A DNA stretch of 44,502 nucleotides from Chromatiaceae bacterium (GTDB lineage: Bacteria > Pseudomonadota > Gammaproteobacteria > Chromatiales > Chromatiaceae): positions 1-44,502 of the forward strand of contig JBFZDM010000058.1 in NCBI GenBank assembly GCA_041307365.1, in the 5' to 3' direction. The translations under genes and the position numbers were made by a program. This document shows, in pieces, positions 34,560 to 42,752 of this stretch (its first letter is position 1; every line of letters starts with the position of its first letter). The notes beneath the pieces are model-generated. The model searched no databases. It was not told the origin of the DNA and worked only from the letters and a program-made list of their open reading frames with translations.

Positions 34560-34865
34560 CTACTCCAATCTGATCACAAGGCGCGCCTTCAGCGCGCTGA
34601 TGTCGGACACGGCCTGATCGAGCGTCCAGCCGCCGTCTCGGGCATTCGCCGCGAGCGGTACGGCCAGGACGACCTCGCCGACCTCTTGGCCGGCGAACAA
34701 CTTGGTGGGCGCGGGCACCGCGCCAAGCGCCTCGATCAGGGCCTTGGTCGCGGGGTGGCCGATGTAGTGGGGTATTCCCGCGAGACTCGCGGGGAATGGG
34801 ATCGTACCGACGCGGTACGTCCCGTCCAGGGGCAGGACTGTCGTACTGAGGATCGCGACGATCAT
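34560..34865 (-). CDS. DUF1874 (STIV B116-like) family protein
   Basis: MIVAILSTTVLPLDGTY...HYIGHPATKALIEALG fits my recollection of the DUF1874 pattern. AGGAGGTG RBS. Confidence 0.45.
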   Translation of the reverse strand: MIVAILSTTVLPLDGTYRVGTIPFPASLAGIPHYIGHPATKALIEALGAVPAPTKLFAGQEVGEVVLAVPLAANARDGGWTLDQAVSDISALKARLVIRLE

Positions 34866-34906
34866 ATGCACCTCCTATGCGCCGGGAATGGCGCGGGGAT
34901 AAGGGT

Positions 34907-34934
34907 AGTATGACGGGGGATCGAACGGTGTCAA
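34907..34934 (-). promoter_or_regulatory. Sigma70-like promoter with a T-rich UP-like tract
   Basis: Minus strand reads TTTTTTTTC-TTGACA-n16-CATACT, about 35 nt upstream of the DUF1874 gene. It is an AT-rich island in a GC-rich genome. Confidence 0.5.
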
Positions 34935-34954
34935 GAAAAAAAGCGGGGAATTTT

Positions 34955-35110
34955 TCAGCGGCCTGCGGACATGACGAGCAAGAGCAAGGTACCCAGGATG
35001 GCATGGCCGAACACAGCGTCCAGCTGGATGAGGACAAGCAGCATGCCCAGCCACACGAGGCAGCCGAGACGGGTGGAGATGCGGCGCAGGTTGGGGTCGG
35101 GGTGGGGCAT
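34955..35110 (-). CDS. Small hydrophobic (two-TM-like) protein
   Basis: 51 aa, translated by hand: ...LGCLVWLGMLLVLIQLDAVFGHAILGTLLLLVM... The overlapping 82-aa ORF looks non-coding. Confidence 0.4.
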   Translation of the reverse strand: MPHPDPNLRRISTRLGCLVWLGMLLVLIQLDAVFGHAILGTLLLLVMSAGR

Positions 35111-35119
35111 GGTGGGGCC

Positions 35120-35710
35120 TCATTCAATGAAATCGAAGTGCTGTTGGTTTTGGTCGGAAGGTCGCTGTGGCGTCGGGAATACACGTCTCGGCGGCGGGTT
35201 CCCGTCGTGGCCCAGGATGACTTCCTCTGGCACCATGGGGCGTCGTGCCAGTGTTCGATCTGACATCCAGCGGAAGGCCCTGAACCGTGTTCCATCGCCG
35301 TTGTCTTGCTCGAAGCCGGCAACAGTACCGCTCTGCTTCCAGAGATCCCATACCCAGGTGCGGAACTTCGACAGATCGCAGATGACCCAATGCGCGAGCG
35401 CCCCGCCATCCTCTGATCTCAGGCCATAGAAGAAGAGATCGCCAAACCCCTCCATGACCTTCTTGAACTCGGTCTTCGTCCCGCTGTCTCTGCGGCTCCG
35501 CAGGGTAAATTCGCCCCAGTATTTCTTGTAACTTGGCCTTCTGATCCTGACCGCAATCCGAAGATCCTTGGCGATGATCAGTTTCAGATCCGTGGCCTTG
35601 AGCGCGTCATCCTCGAACGGTGCTTCGATCAGAAGATACTCGGCGAGGAGGCGCTTGACCTCCGGCATGTACCTGTCTGCCTCGATCTTGTCTCGTTCCC
35701 AGGCCATCAT
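35120..35710 (-). CDS. Hypothetical protein
   Basis: 196 aa with an ATGA overlap to the upstream methyltransferase stop. I recognise no family. Confidence 0.6.
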   Translation of the reverse strand: MMAWERDKIEADRYMPEVKRLLAEYLLIEAPFEDDALKATDLKLIIAKDLRIAVRIRRPSYKKYWGEFTLRSRRDSGTKTEFKKVMEGFGDLFFYGLRSEDGGALAHWVICDLSKFRTWVWDLWKQSGTVAGFEQDNGDGTRFRAFRWMSDRTLARRPMVPEEVILGHDGNPPPRRVFPTPQRPSDQNQQHFDFIE

Positions 35711-36870
35711 GATTCTTTCCCCCACACGTCGAAGTCCTCAATCGGGCGGCGGTTGAACATGTCGATCCGGCGCCCTGCGGTCACTCGGCGCAAGGTCTCG
35801 TAGAACGCTTCCGGCTTGGCGCTGTGCTCGGCACGCGGCGCCTGGAAACAGGTCGGAAACGCCTTCGTGTCGATGAATTGCGGCGTCCCGCGGCGGCCGT
35901 AAAGGCAAAACTCGCAGTTGTACTGTGGCAGGCCGAACGGCTGCGGCCCGCCTGGCTTGTGCCAGACGAAGGTCAAGACATACTTGACAGCCCAGGCCGC
36001 CAGGATCGAAAAAGCGTCTGGCAAGAAGCGCTGGGTAGTCCACAAGAAGACGTGGGCGTCAGGTGCCGCGGGGATCTTGATGGCCTCGATCTCGGCGAGG
36101 TCCATGGTCGGATAGTCGAGCTCGGCTTGCTGGTTCGGGCGGCAGTCACGCTCGATCTTCGCCATGGGCCATGGCGGATCAACCACAACCACGTCATAGA
36201 CGCCCACGGCTGCCTTGGCGGTCTTCGCCTCGATCGATTCGAGGCGCTGCACTACCTCGGCGCGCTTGGTCTCGCGGACGGCGGCAGCCAACGGCATTTC
36301 GCCCGATTGAACCCTGGCCGCGAGTTCGGGGGCGTTGCGCTTGAGGCTGATGGCCTGGCGGATCTTGCGCTCGGGCAGGTTTGAACTTTTGGCGGCAGTC
36401 GTAACTTTTGGCTCTGCCCGGGTTCGTTGTTTAGGTGCAAGCTCTGATCGCTTGCTGGACACGTCGTCCAGCAAGCGATCGGTGATCTGTTCTGGCGTCG
36501 CTTTACCGCCGGCTGCTCTTCCAGCCTTCGCCCGTTCCTGCTTTGCCCTCTCAATCTCGAGGTCCACCAGCGTCGCCTTGACCATGGCCCGCTGGTCATC
36601 GGTCAGGTTCCGGCGTTGCAGCTGGTTCTTGCTGACCCAGATCTTGGCGACCAGGCGATCCTGCAGGCTCAAGCGGGTCTCGCGGTACGGCTTTCCGAGC
36701 CGGTCGCAGATCCCGACTCGCTGGTGACCGTCAAGCAGGATGCCAGTCTCATCCCAGACGATGACAGGGTCACGACAGCCCTCGTCGGCGATGCTGGCCT
36801 CAAGCAAGGCCAGCTCGGCAGGTGTGGATAATGTGAGTAAGCTCTGGAATTCAGGGTCGATGGTGAACAT
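35707..36870 (-). CDS. ParB N-terminal domain fused to an MT-A70-family (N6-adenine type) DNA methyltransferase
   Basis: N-terminus ILLDGHQRVGIC (ParBc). C-terminus VVVDPPWPM (DPPW motif), LWTTQRF and SAKPEAFYE. Confidence 0.85.
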   Translation of the reverse strand: MFTIDPEFQSLLTLSTPAELALLEASIADEGCRDPVIVWDETGILLDGHQRVGICDRLGKPYRETRLSLQDRLVAKIWVSKNQLQRRNLTDDQRAMVKATLVDLEIERAKQERAKAGRAAGGKATPEQITDRLLDDVSSKRSELAPKQRTRAEPKVTTAAKSSNLPERKIRQAISLKRNAPELAARVQSGEMPLAAAVRETKRAEVVQRLESIEAKTAKAAVGVYDVVVVDPPWPMAKIERDCRPNQQAELDYPTMDLAEIEAIKIPAAPDAHVFLWTTQRFLPDAFSILAAWAVKYVLTFVWHKPGGPQPFGLPQYNCEFCLYGRRGTPQFIDTKAFPTCFQAPRAEHSAKPEAFYETLRRVTAGRRIDMFNRRPIEDFDVWGKES

Positions 36871-36952
36871 GGCGTCCCATGGCTGTCGCTGGCAGGCGAC
36901 TCGGTTGCTGTGTTTTGGTGGGTCAGCCCCGCTGCCACGGGACGCCAGACAT

Positions 36953-36980
36953 ATTCTACCCTACATGCCGTCCCCGTCAA
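36953..36980 (-). promoter_or_regulatory. Sigma70-like early leftward promoter
   Basis: Minus strand reads TTTTTC-TTGACG-n16-TAGAAT, about 85 nt upstream of the ATG at 36870. Confidence 0.5.
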
Positions 36981-36986
36981 GAAAAA

Positions 36987-37029
36987 CCCCGCCACGCCCC
37001 GGCTGCGGCCTGGGTGGCCGGGGGCGGTA
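36987..37029. other. GC-rich imperfect hairpin flanked by A5 and T-rich tracts
   Basis: CCCCGCCacgCCCCGGC-tgcggcctgggtg-GCCGGGGGCGG, with gaaaaa on the left and tattt on the right. Lies between divergent promoters. Confidence 0.45.
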
Positions 37030-37071
37030 TTTGATGGGTGTTTGCCAGAACCGTCAAACTCGAAAAAGCTA

Positions 37072-37101
37072 TTGACAGGGCACAACACCTCGTGGTATGG
37101 T
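37072..37101 (+). promoter_or_regulatory. Sigma70-like early rightward promoter (extended -10)
   Basis: TTGACA-n18-TATGGT, with TGg immediately upstream of the -10 element. Lies about 28 nt before ATG 37129. Confidence 0.5.
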
Positions 37102-37128
37102 AGCCTCATCCCCATCGGAGGATCTGCC

Positions 37129-37305
37129 ATGTACTCTGTCTCTCGCGTCGCTGCCCAGCTCGGCGTCACGGCGTCTGTCGTGCGCTACTGGATCCGGGCC
37201 GGCAAGGTCCGGGCCATTGCCACCCCCGGCGGCCACTACCGCATTCGCCAGGACGAGCTTGACCGGCTACTGTCGGCCGTCACGGCGGGAGGCGCCACAC
37301 AGTGA
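37129..37305 (+). CDS. MerR/excisionase-type HTH DNA-binding protein
   Basis: MYSVSRVAAQLGVTASVVRYWIRAGKVRAIATPGGHYRI fits the HTH_17 pattern. GGAGGA RBS. Confidence 0.65.
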   Translation: MYSVSRVAAQLGVTASVVRYWIRAGKVRAIATPGGHYRIRQDELDRLLSAVTAGGATQ

Positions 37306-38732
37306 TCGATCCTCATGCGTCCGCGCGCGTACTGCTCGGGTCGGTCCTACTGCGCCCGGAGCTCTATGCGCAACTCGAGGCCGTGCCGCCATACGCGTTT
37401 CCGGGCCGCCTGCGCCCGATCTATACCGCCATGGGGGAATGTTCCAGGGCGGGTGAAGATCCGGGCCTCATGGAGGTCAGGCGGCGCTTGAACGGGCATG
37501 CTGATGGGTTGGGCCTGCTTGATCTCTGTGAGGAGATCCGCGGCGAGGGCGTCAACGCTAAGCTGTTCGTGCGGCTGGTCGAAGACCTTGCCCCGATCGC
37601 GCGCCAAAACAAGGTACGCGAGATCCTGGACGCGGCGGCGTCCAAGGCACTTGGGCTGGACGGTCATGACCTCGAGCGGTTGGGGCGCGACACCGGCGAG
37701 CTTTTGCATGCGGCCATGGCAGACCGCGGCGGTTCCAACCTCGTGACACGATGTCTAGCCGACATCGAACCGCTGCCGACTGATTGGCTCTGGACCGACC
37801 GCATCCCACTCGGCATGCTGTCGCTGTTGGCGGGGCATCCCGGGCTCGGCAAGACCTGGCTGTGTCTGTACCTAGCCGCGTGCGTGTCGCGCGGCACCGA
37901 GCTCGCCGACGGATCGCCCTGCCCCATGGGGCGCGTGGTGATCCTGACGGCAGAGGACGATGCCGCCCGGACGATCCGGCCACGGATCGACAAGCTCGGC
38001 GGCGACCCATTCGCCATCACCGTGGTAGATGCCTATCGAGGCCAGGACGGCAAGGAACGCGCGCTGCACCTCGACACGGACGTCTCGGAGCTCGATCGGC
38101 TCTTGGGCCAGCTGGATAACGTCAAGCTGGTGTTCTTCGACCCGATATCGGCCTACCTCGGCAACGTGGACAGCCACAACAATGCGGACGTGCGCGGGGC
38201 GCTGGCGCCGGTCTCGGCGTTGGCGTCCAAGCATGGATGCGCGGTTGTGTTGGTCTCGCACCTGAACAAGGGCGGCAAGGATAGCAAGTCGGCTGTCCAC
38301 GAGCGGATCATGGGCAGCACGGCATTCGTAGCGGCCTGTCGGTCGGTGTACGGTGTCTGGCGCGACACCGCGAACCCTGCGGATCGGCTGTTTCTGCCAG
38401 TCAAGGTCAACATCGCCCGGGAAATGCTAGGTCTGATGTACCAGGTGGATTCGGACGGGATCCGCTGGTCTGCGGTACCGACCGAGCAGACCGCGGAACA
38501 AGCCTCGGCGGCCAACCCGGCGACAGAAGACGAGCGGTCGGCGTTGAAGGACGCGCAGGATTTCTTGCGCGACACCCTGCGGGCGGGGCCGATGTCGTCG
38601 AAGCAGGCGCTGAAAGAGGGCGCCGACGCCGGGATCTCGGCCCGGACGCTGAACCGCGCCAAGGTGGTGTTGGGCGTCCTGTCCCTGCGGGTGGATGGTC
38701 AATGGTCTTGGCAGCTCCCCATGCCCCTATGA
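37302..38732 (+). CDS. Replicative helicase-like protein: DnaB-N-like domain plus RecA-like (AAA_25/RepA-type) ATPase
   Basis: N-terminus ARVLLGSVLLRPELY, Walker A AGHPGLGKTW and Walker B-like KLVFFDPISAY. GTG start overlaps the upstream stop. Confidence 0.75.
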   Translation: MIDPHASARVLLGSVLLRPELYAQLEAVPPYAFPGRLRPIYTAMGECSRAGEDPGLMEVRRRLNGHADGLGLLDLCEEIRGEGVNAKLFVRLVEDLAPIARQNKVREILDAAASKALGLDGHDLERLGRDTGELLHAAMADRGGSNLVTRCLADIEPLPTDWLWTDRIPLGMLSLLAGHPGLGKTWLCLYLAACVSRGTELADGSPCPMGRVVILTAEDDAARTIRPRIDKLGGDPFAITVVDAYRGQDGKERALHLDTDVSELDRLLGQLDNVKLVFFDPISAYLGNVDSHNNADVRGALAPVSALASKHGCAVVLVSHLNKGGKDSKSAVHERIMGSTAFVAACRSVYGVWRDTANPADRLFLPVKVNIAREMLGLMYQVDSDGIRWSAVPTEQTAEQASAANPATEDERSALKDAQDFLRDTLRAGPMSSKQALKEGADAGISARTLNRAKVVLGVLSLRVDGQWSWQLPMPL

Positions 38733-38739
38733 TATGCAT

Positions 38740-39035
38740 CCCATCATACGCGCGCGCGCGCGCGTACCCTCCGGGGGATGCTTGGCAACCTTGGCAACCT
38801 TACCGTAAGATCCTTACTGCAGGCCAGGTTGCAAGATGGCCAAAGTAAGATGGCCATGGCCATCTTGGTGGTCACCTTGGACATCTTACATTGCGTGTCA
38901 ATTTGACATTGAAAGTAAGATTGCCAACTAGGTTGGCAACGTTGCCATTGGCAACCTTACACTAACTACATACTATATATATATATATAACAAGGTTGCC
39001 AAGCTTCCCGGGGGCATCGCGCGCGCGCGCGAGGG
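38740..39035. other. Candidate replication origin with (CG)n-capped inverted arms, iterons, a perfect palindrome and a (TA)n tract
   Basis: (CG)8 at 38749-38764 and (CG)7 at 39018-39031. The roughly 40-nt arms ending in GCTTGGCAACC are inverted. TTGGCAAC/GTTGCCAA and GTAAGAT motifs occur repeatedly. A 20-nt perfect palindrome lies at 38847-38866, and an AT tract ending in (TA)n at 38961-38990. Confidence 0.55.
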
Positions 39036-39183
39036 CAGATCATATTCCCCCCGCTCAATTCCTATTTGCGCCCGCCGGCCGACTCTGGTACCCTGGCAGG
39101 GATGCCCGGGTTGCGCTGGTCCATCACCCATTCAACGCAACCCTTCCCCGCGCGGCCCGGGCTCCTTACACGAGGGCTCTGCC

Positions 39184-39570
39184 ATGGCTCAGGCTGTCAA
39201 TCAAGTCATCCTGCTGAATGAGGTGGCGTCCACGACCACGGGCGCGGCTGTGGACGTGAGCAAGTATCAGTACGTCTCGGTCGCGATCGCTTCGATAGGC
39301 GGCACCGCGACTGTCAAATTCCGCGGCGCGGTAAAAAAGGACTCGGCCTGCACCGGGACGATCAGCGCAACCAACATGTGGGACTACGTCGGGTATATCG
39401 ACTGCCAGACGGTCACGGCCACGGCCGGGGATACGGGCGTGAGCCTCACCAATGGCGACTGCCGAAACCTCGTGATCTATACCGCCGGCCTCGACGCGAT
39501 CATGGGCGAGGTGACGGCCGTCGCGGGCGCCAAGGTCACCGCCTACGTCGTCTTCACTGACAACCGCTAA
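39184..39570 (+). CDS. Hypothetical beta-rich protein (first gene of the late rightward block)
   Basis: 128-aa ORF with a GAGGG RBS. Confidence 0.55.
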   Translation: MAQAVNQVILLNEVASTTTGAAVDVSKYQYVSVAIASIGGTATVKFRGAVKKDSACTGTISATNMWDYVGYIDCQTVTATAGDTGVSLTNGDCRNLVIYTAGLDAIMGEVTAVAGAKVTAYVVFTDNR

Positions 39571-39582
39571 CGAGGGCCCGCC

Positions 39583-40890
39583 ATGCTACCCATCCCCTAC
39601 TCGGATGCTCTCGCCCTCGCCCAAGCCCAGGCCGCTATCGCGGCCGTGAAGGCTCAGGCCAGCGGCCTAGCGAGCCTCGACGCGAACAGCCTCGTGGTCC
39701 AAAACCCCGCCAACGCCGTGGACACTGCCACGGCGAGCAAGATCGTCAAGCGCGACGCCTCGGGCGACATTGCCGTTCTGAGCACGGCCACCGCCGGGAA
39801 CAACGCCATCGGCAAGACCGAGGCCGGCAGCCTGGCAACAACCAACGCCGGCACCGTGTTCCAGGCCCGCACTGGCCTCTACTCGATCGGCACCGGCGGC
39901 GATTACGCTGACGTCGCGGCCATGATCGCTGCCGGCAAGTACCGCGGGCGGTTGGTGGCCAACGTCACAGAAGACAGCAACATCACGGTGGACGCCAACG
40001 GCCTGTACCTGGAGCTGGCCGGCTTCACGCTGACGATGGGCGCCTACCAGATTCACCAGAGCACGACTACCCGGATCGAGATCCACGGGCCAGGCGAGGT
40101 TGACTATACGGCTGTAAATGCAGGATATCCTTGGATTTACACGGACACGAAAGAAACCATAGTCATTGTTGATGGGTTCACGTTCGACAACAACAGTGGG
40201 GTCAAGGGGTCAGCGCTGGCCGAGTCGTCTGCCATCGTCACAGCATCCAACATGGTATTTGACGCCCCCAATGTTGTTGGCGAGGTAGATTACCCTACCG
40301 GTCTATATTTGGTGAATGGATGTGCAACCAATATAGAAATTGTCGGTGGGGGGTCAAACACTGCATATGTTATTTCCGCTTGGGGTGGGGTGATTAGCAA
40401 CATTCGGCATAAGGGGACATTCAGTACAACTGCCCCGACAGTGGCAGCGTATGGCGGGGTCATCAATGGGCTCGGAGGAAACGTAAGCATAGTGGCCTTG
40501 TCATACCTGAGCCCATTGTCGAACGCCAGAAATATAAGGTCTATTCTTGGCGCAAGCGAATCAGGGGTATACGCATTTTGCACTGTTGCATCATCTGTAA
40601 CATTGACAGGTGATTACAACGTCTTCGACAGCTGCATCTTTAACGCTTTGGTGACCGTCTCTTCCGGCGCCGTGCGCAACCATTTCACGAATTGCCAGTT
40701 CATCGCCGGCATCAGTATCAGTGACCAGACCATGCTGACGGCCTGCCGTGCCGGCGCCGCGGCCGGTAGCGGGGCGGCTACCATCACCGTAGCGGCTGGT
40801 ACCGGCACCGTGCTGACCGGCTGCCTCACTGACGCCGCGATCAGCGACGCGGGAACAGACACAGTCATCACCGGCTGCGCGGTGTACTAG
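39583..40890 (+). CDS. Tail fibre / tailspike-like protein
   Basis: N-terminus SGLASLDANSLVVQNPANAV is a fibre-type motif, and the body resembles repetitive beta-helix. GC is low over 40090-40640. Confidence 0.6.
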   Translation: MLPIPYSDALALAQAQAAIAAVKAQASGLASLDANSLVVQNPANAVDTATASKIVKRDASGDIAVLSTATAGNNAIGKTEAGSLATTNAGTVFQARTGLYSIGTGGDYADVAAMIAAGKYRGRLVANVTEDSNITVDANGLYLELAGFTLTMGAYQIHQSTTTRIEIHGPGEVDYTAVNAGYPWIYTDTKETIVIVDGFTFDNNSGVKGSALAESSAIVTASNMVFDAPNVVGEVDYPTGLYLVNGCATNIEIVGGGSNTAYVISAWGGVISNIRHKGTFSTTAPTVAAYGGVINGLGGNVSIVALSYLSPLSNARNIRSILGASESGVYAFCTVASSVTLTGDYNVFDSCIFNALVTVSSGAVRNHFTNCQFIAGISISDQTMLTACRAGAAAGSGAATITVAAGTGTVLTGCLTDAAISDAGTDTVITGCAVY

Positions 40891-40899
40891 GGGAATGAC

Positions 40900-42396
40900 A
40901 TGACAGCGTTGAACAAGAACCAGACTACCTACACCTCGGCCGGCATCACGGCGTCTACGACCCAGACGCAGGGTCAGCAGCCGTTGGCATACGGGATCAA
41001 CCAGATCTCCGTTTGCGCCAACGCCAACGATACGGTCACCCTGCCGGCGGCCGAGGCCGGGGCGTCGTGCCGGATCATCCATTCCGGGGCGCAGACCCTG
41101 CAGATCTTCCCGGCTTCGGGCGACAATTTGGGCGCTGGCGTCAACACCAGCACGACCCAGACAGCCGGATCAGACTCGGTCTGGGAGGCATACGACGGCA
41201 CGAACTGGCGCAAGATCCTTGGCGCGACAGGGGCGGCGGGAGCTGCTGGGGCTGCGGGAGCTGCGGGGGCCGATGGCACCGATGCCAGCGCCGTGATCAA
41301 CCTGGCCAAGCTCTTGAGCCTGCCCGGCCTGGCCGGCGGCTGGTCATCGGCCTCGTACGCGCACTGGTGGTCCACGAGCAACGCGACCGCCATCCTTGTC
41401 TTGCCGAATCAGGTCGATTTCACCATCGCGGACAGCGGCCCAGACGCGAGCCTAGACGCCATCTACTACGAAACAGACTCGAACACCCGGCGCTTCCGGG
41501 TCCAGCGGCGCAAGGTCTCGGCCGACGGGGCGCTGTCGCTGGTCTGTACGCAGATCGGCGGGGCCAGCTATCCGACCGTCGGGGCCACGCATACCCTGAC
41601 GAAAGTCTCGGGCACCGGTGACGCCACCATCGACTATTCGGCCGTCGCTACCTACGGCCCGCTGGCGCTGTCCACGACGGCGCCCATGCGCCTGAAGGTC
41701 ACGGCCACCAGCGACAACGGCTATGCTTACATGCGCCTGCTGCACGGCTGCGATCCAGTCTATGCGGGCGACACGGTCTCGGCTCGGGCCTATATGGCCG
41801 TCGCTGCGGCCGGGGATAGCGCGGCGCTTGGCCTCTACGACGGGGCCGGTACCCTAATCAACGCCGCCACCGCCATTACGGCCACGGCCTGGGCTCAGAG
41901 CACAACGGCCAGCGGCACGGCGGTCGGAGACTATACCGACCTGCGGATCACGCTCGCGGCGAGCGGGGATATCGTCTACATCGACATGCCGGAGGCCTGG
42001 GAAGGGGCTGTGGCGCCGACGGTGTACAGGGCGCGGGGGATCGGGCCGATGGTCAGTGTCGTTGGATGCCCAGCCATCGGGTGCGCTGAAGCGAATGAAA
42101 CACTGGTCAGCGTGGCCCCGTACTGCTCTCCCAATGCTGTGCTGATTCTTGCGAAAATACAAGTATATGAAACAAACACCACTAGCACATCGCATATGGG
42201 AATGCTGAACCCGTACACGAAGGTGTACGAGGACTATGCGAGCTGCGCCGGGAATGTGTATATATTCGCGTGTAATGAAACTCATGTGACCTCTGCGGGG
42301 GACGCAATGTATACTCTCTATGAGGCAGACTCGGATAATGACATCTTAGGGTATATGTATGCCAATGGTTATCGTTCATGGGAGGGCTCAGTATGA
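40900..42396 (+). CDS. Tail fibre protein with a short collagen-like segment
   Basis: Seven G-X-Y triplets (GATGAAGAAGAAGAAGADGTD) at nt 41221-41283. The C-terminal roughly 100 aa have low GC. Confidence 0.6.
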   Translation: MTALNKNQTTYTSAGITASTTQTQGQQPLAYGINQISVCANANDTVTLPAAEAGASCRIIHSGAQTLQIFPASGDNLGAGVNTSTTQTAGSDSVWEAYDGTNWRKILGATGAAGAAGAAGAAGADGTDASAVINLAKLLSLPGLAGGWSSASYAHWWSTSNATAILVLPNQVDFTIADSGPDASLDAIYYETDSNTRRFRVQRRKVSADGALSLVCTQIGGASYPTVGATHTLTKVSGTGDATIDYSAVATYGPLALSTTAPMRLKVTATSDNGYAYMRLLHGCDPVYAGDTVSARAYMAVAAAGDSAALGLYDGAGTLINAATAITATAWAQSTTASGTAVGDYTDLRITLAASGDIVYIDMPEAWEGAVAPTVYRARGIGPMVSVVGCPAIGCAEANETLVSVAPYCSPNAVLILAKIQVYETNTTSTSHMGMLNPYTKVYEDYASCAGNVYIFACNETHVTSAGDAMYTLYEADSDNDILGYMYANGYRSWEGSV

Positions 42397-42752
42397 TCGA
42401 CCTAGCACGCTACACGGCCGGGAAGCGCGTTGTTCTGCGTTCTGAGCCTACCATGGCCGCGCTCAAGACCTGGCTCGTGGCCGAGATCGCGGCCGGGCGT
42501 ATTGAGCCCGAGAGCCGGTGCAGCCCGTATCCGGGCGCGCCGAAAGGCGACGGCTGGGGAATCGAGGCTCAACCCGGCCACGTCGAGCCAGACCAGGGCG
42601 CGGCCTATGCGGCGACTCTGCAGCTCGCAGCGGCTCAGGGCGACGCCGGGGAAGAGCCTGCCGGCAGCAAGCGGCCTGCTCAGCTGCGGGCGCAAGCTGA
42701 AGCCCTCGAGAAGGGCCAGGTGACGGTGAAGCAACTGATGGGGGTGCGCTGA
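42393..42752 (+). CDS. Hypothetical protein
   Basis: The internal ATG overlaps the fibre stop (ATGA). 119 aa. Confidence 0.45.
   Translation: MIDLARYTAGKRVVLRSEPTMAALKTWLVAEIAAGRIEPESRCSPYPGAPKGDGWGIEAQPGHVEPDQGAAYAATLQLAAAQGDAGEEPAGSKRPAQLRAQAEALEKGQVTVKQLMGVR

Noticed and set aside
34875-35123. An 82-aa minus-strand ORF from the track
   Set aside because: It is Pro/His/Arg-rich low complexity. A different frame gives a 51-aa hydrophobic protein with better coding character (34955-35110).
38744-38750. A TCATACG half-site abutting the left (CG)8 arm of the origin-like element
   Set aside because: A single 7-mer match. Isolated CATACG/CGTATG hexamers also occur elsewhere (for example near 12263, 13128 and 16694), so a link to the terminal array is not supported.
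38749-39031. The CG-capped inverted repeats as a protelomerase telomere-resolution site (N15 telRL-like)
   Set aside because: The arms are separated by about 250 bp of iterons rather than forming one continuous palindrome, and no protelomerase-like gene is present.
39047-39056. CCCCCCGCTC, resembling the terminal repeat CCCCCGCTCGCT
   Set aside because: Only a 9-10-nt match in a GC-rich genome, which is within chance expectation. There are no flanking palindromes.
41221-41283. A collagen-like G-X-Y x7 segment as a novel feature
   Set aside because: It is real but short and common in phage tail fibres. It is recorded only as evidence for the fibre call.
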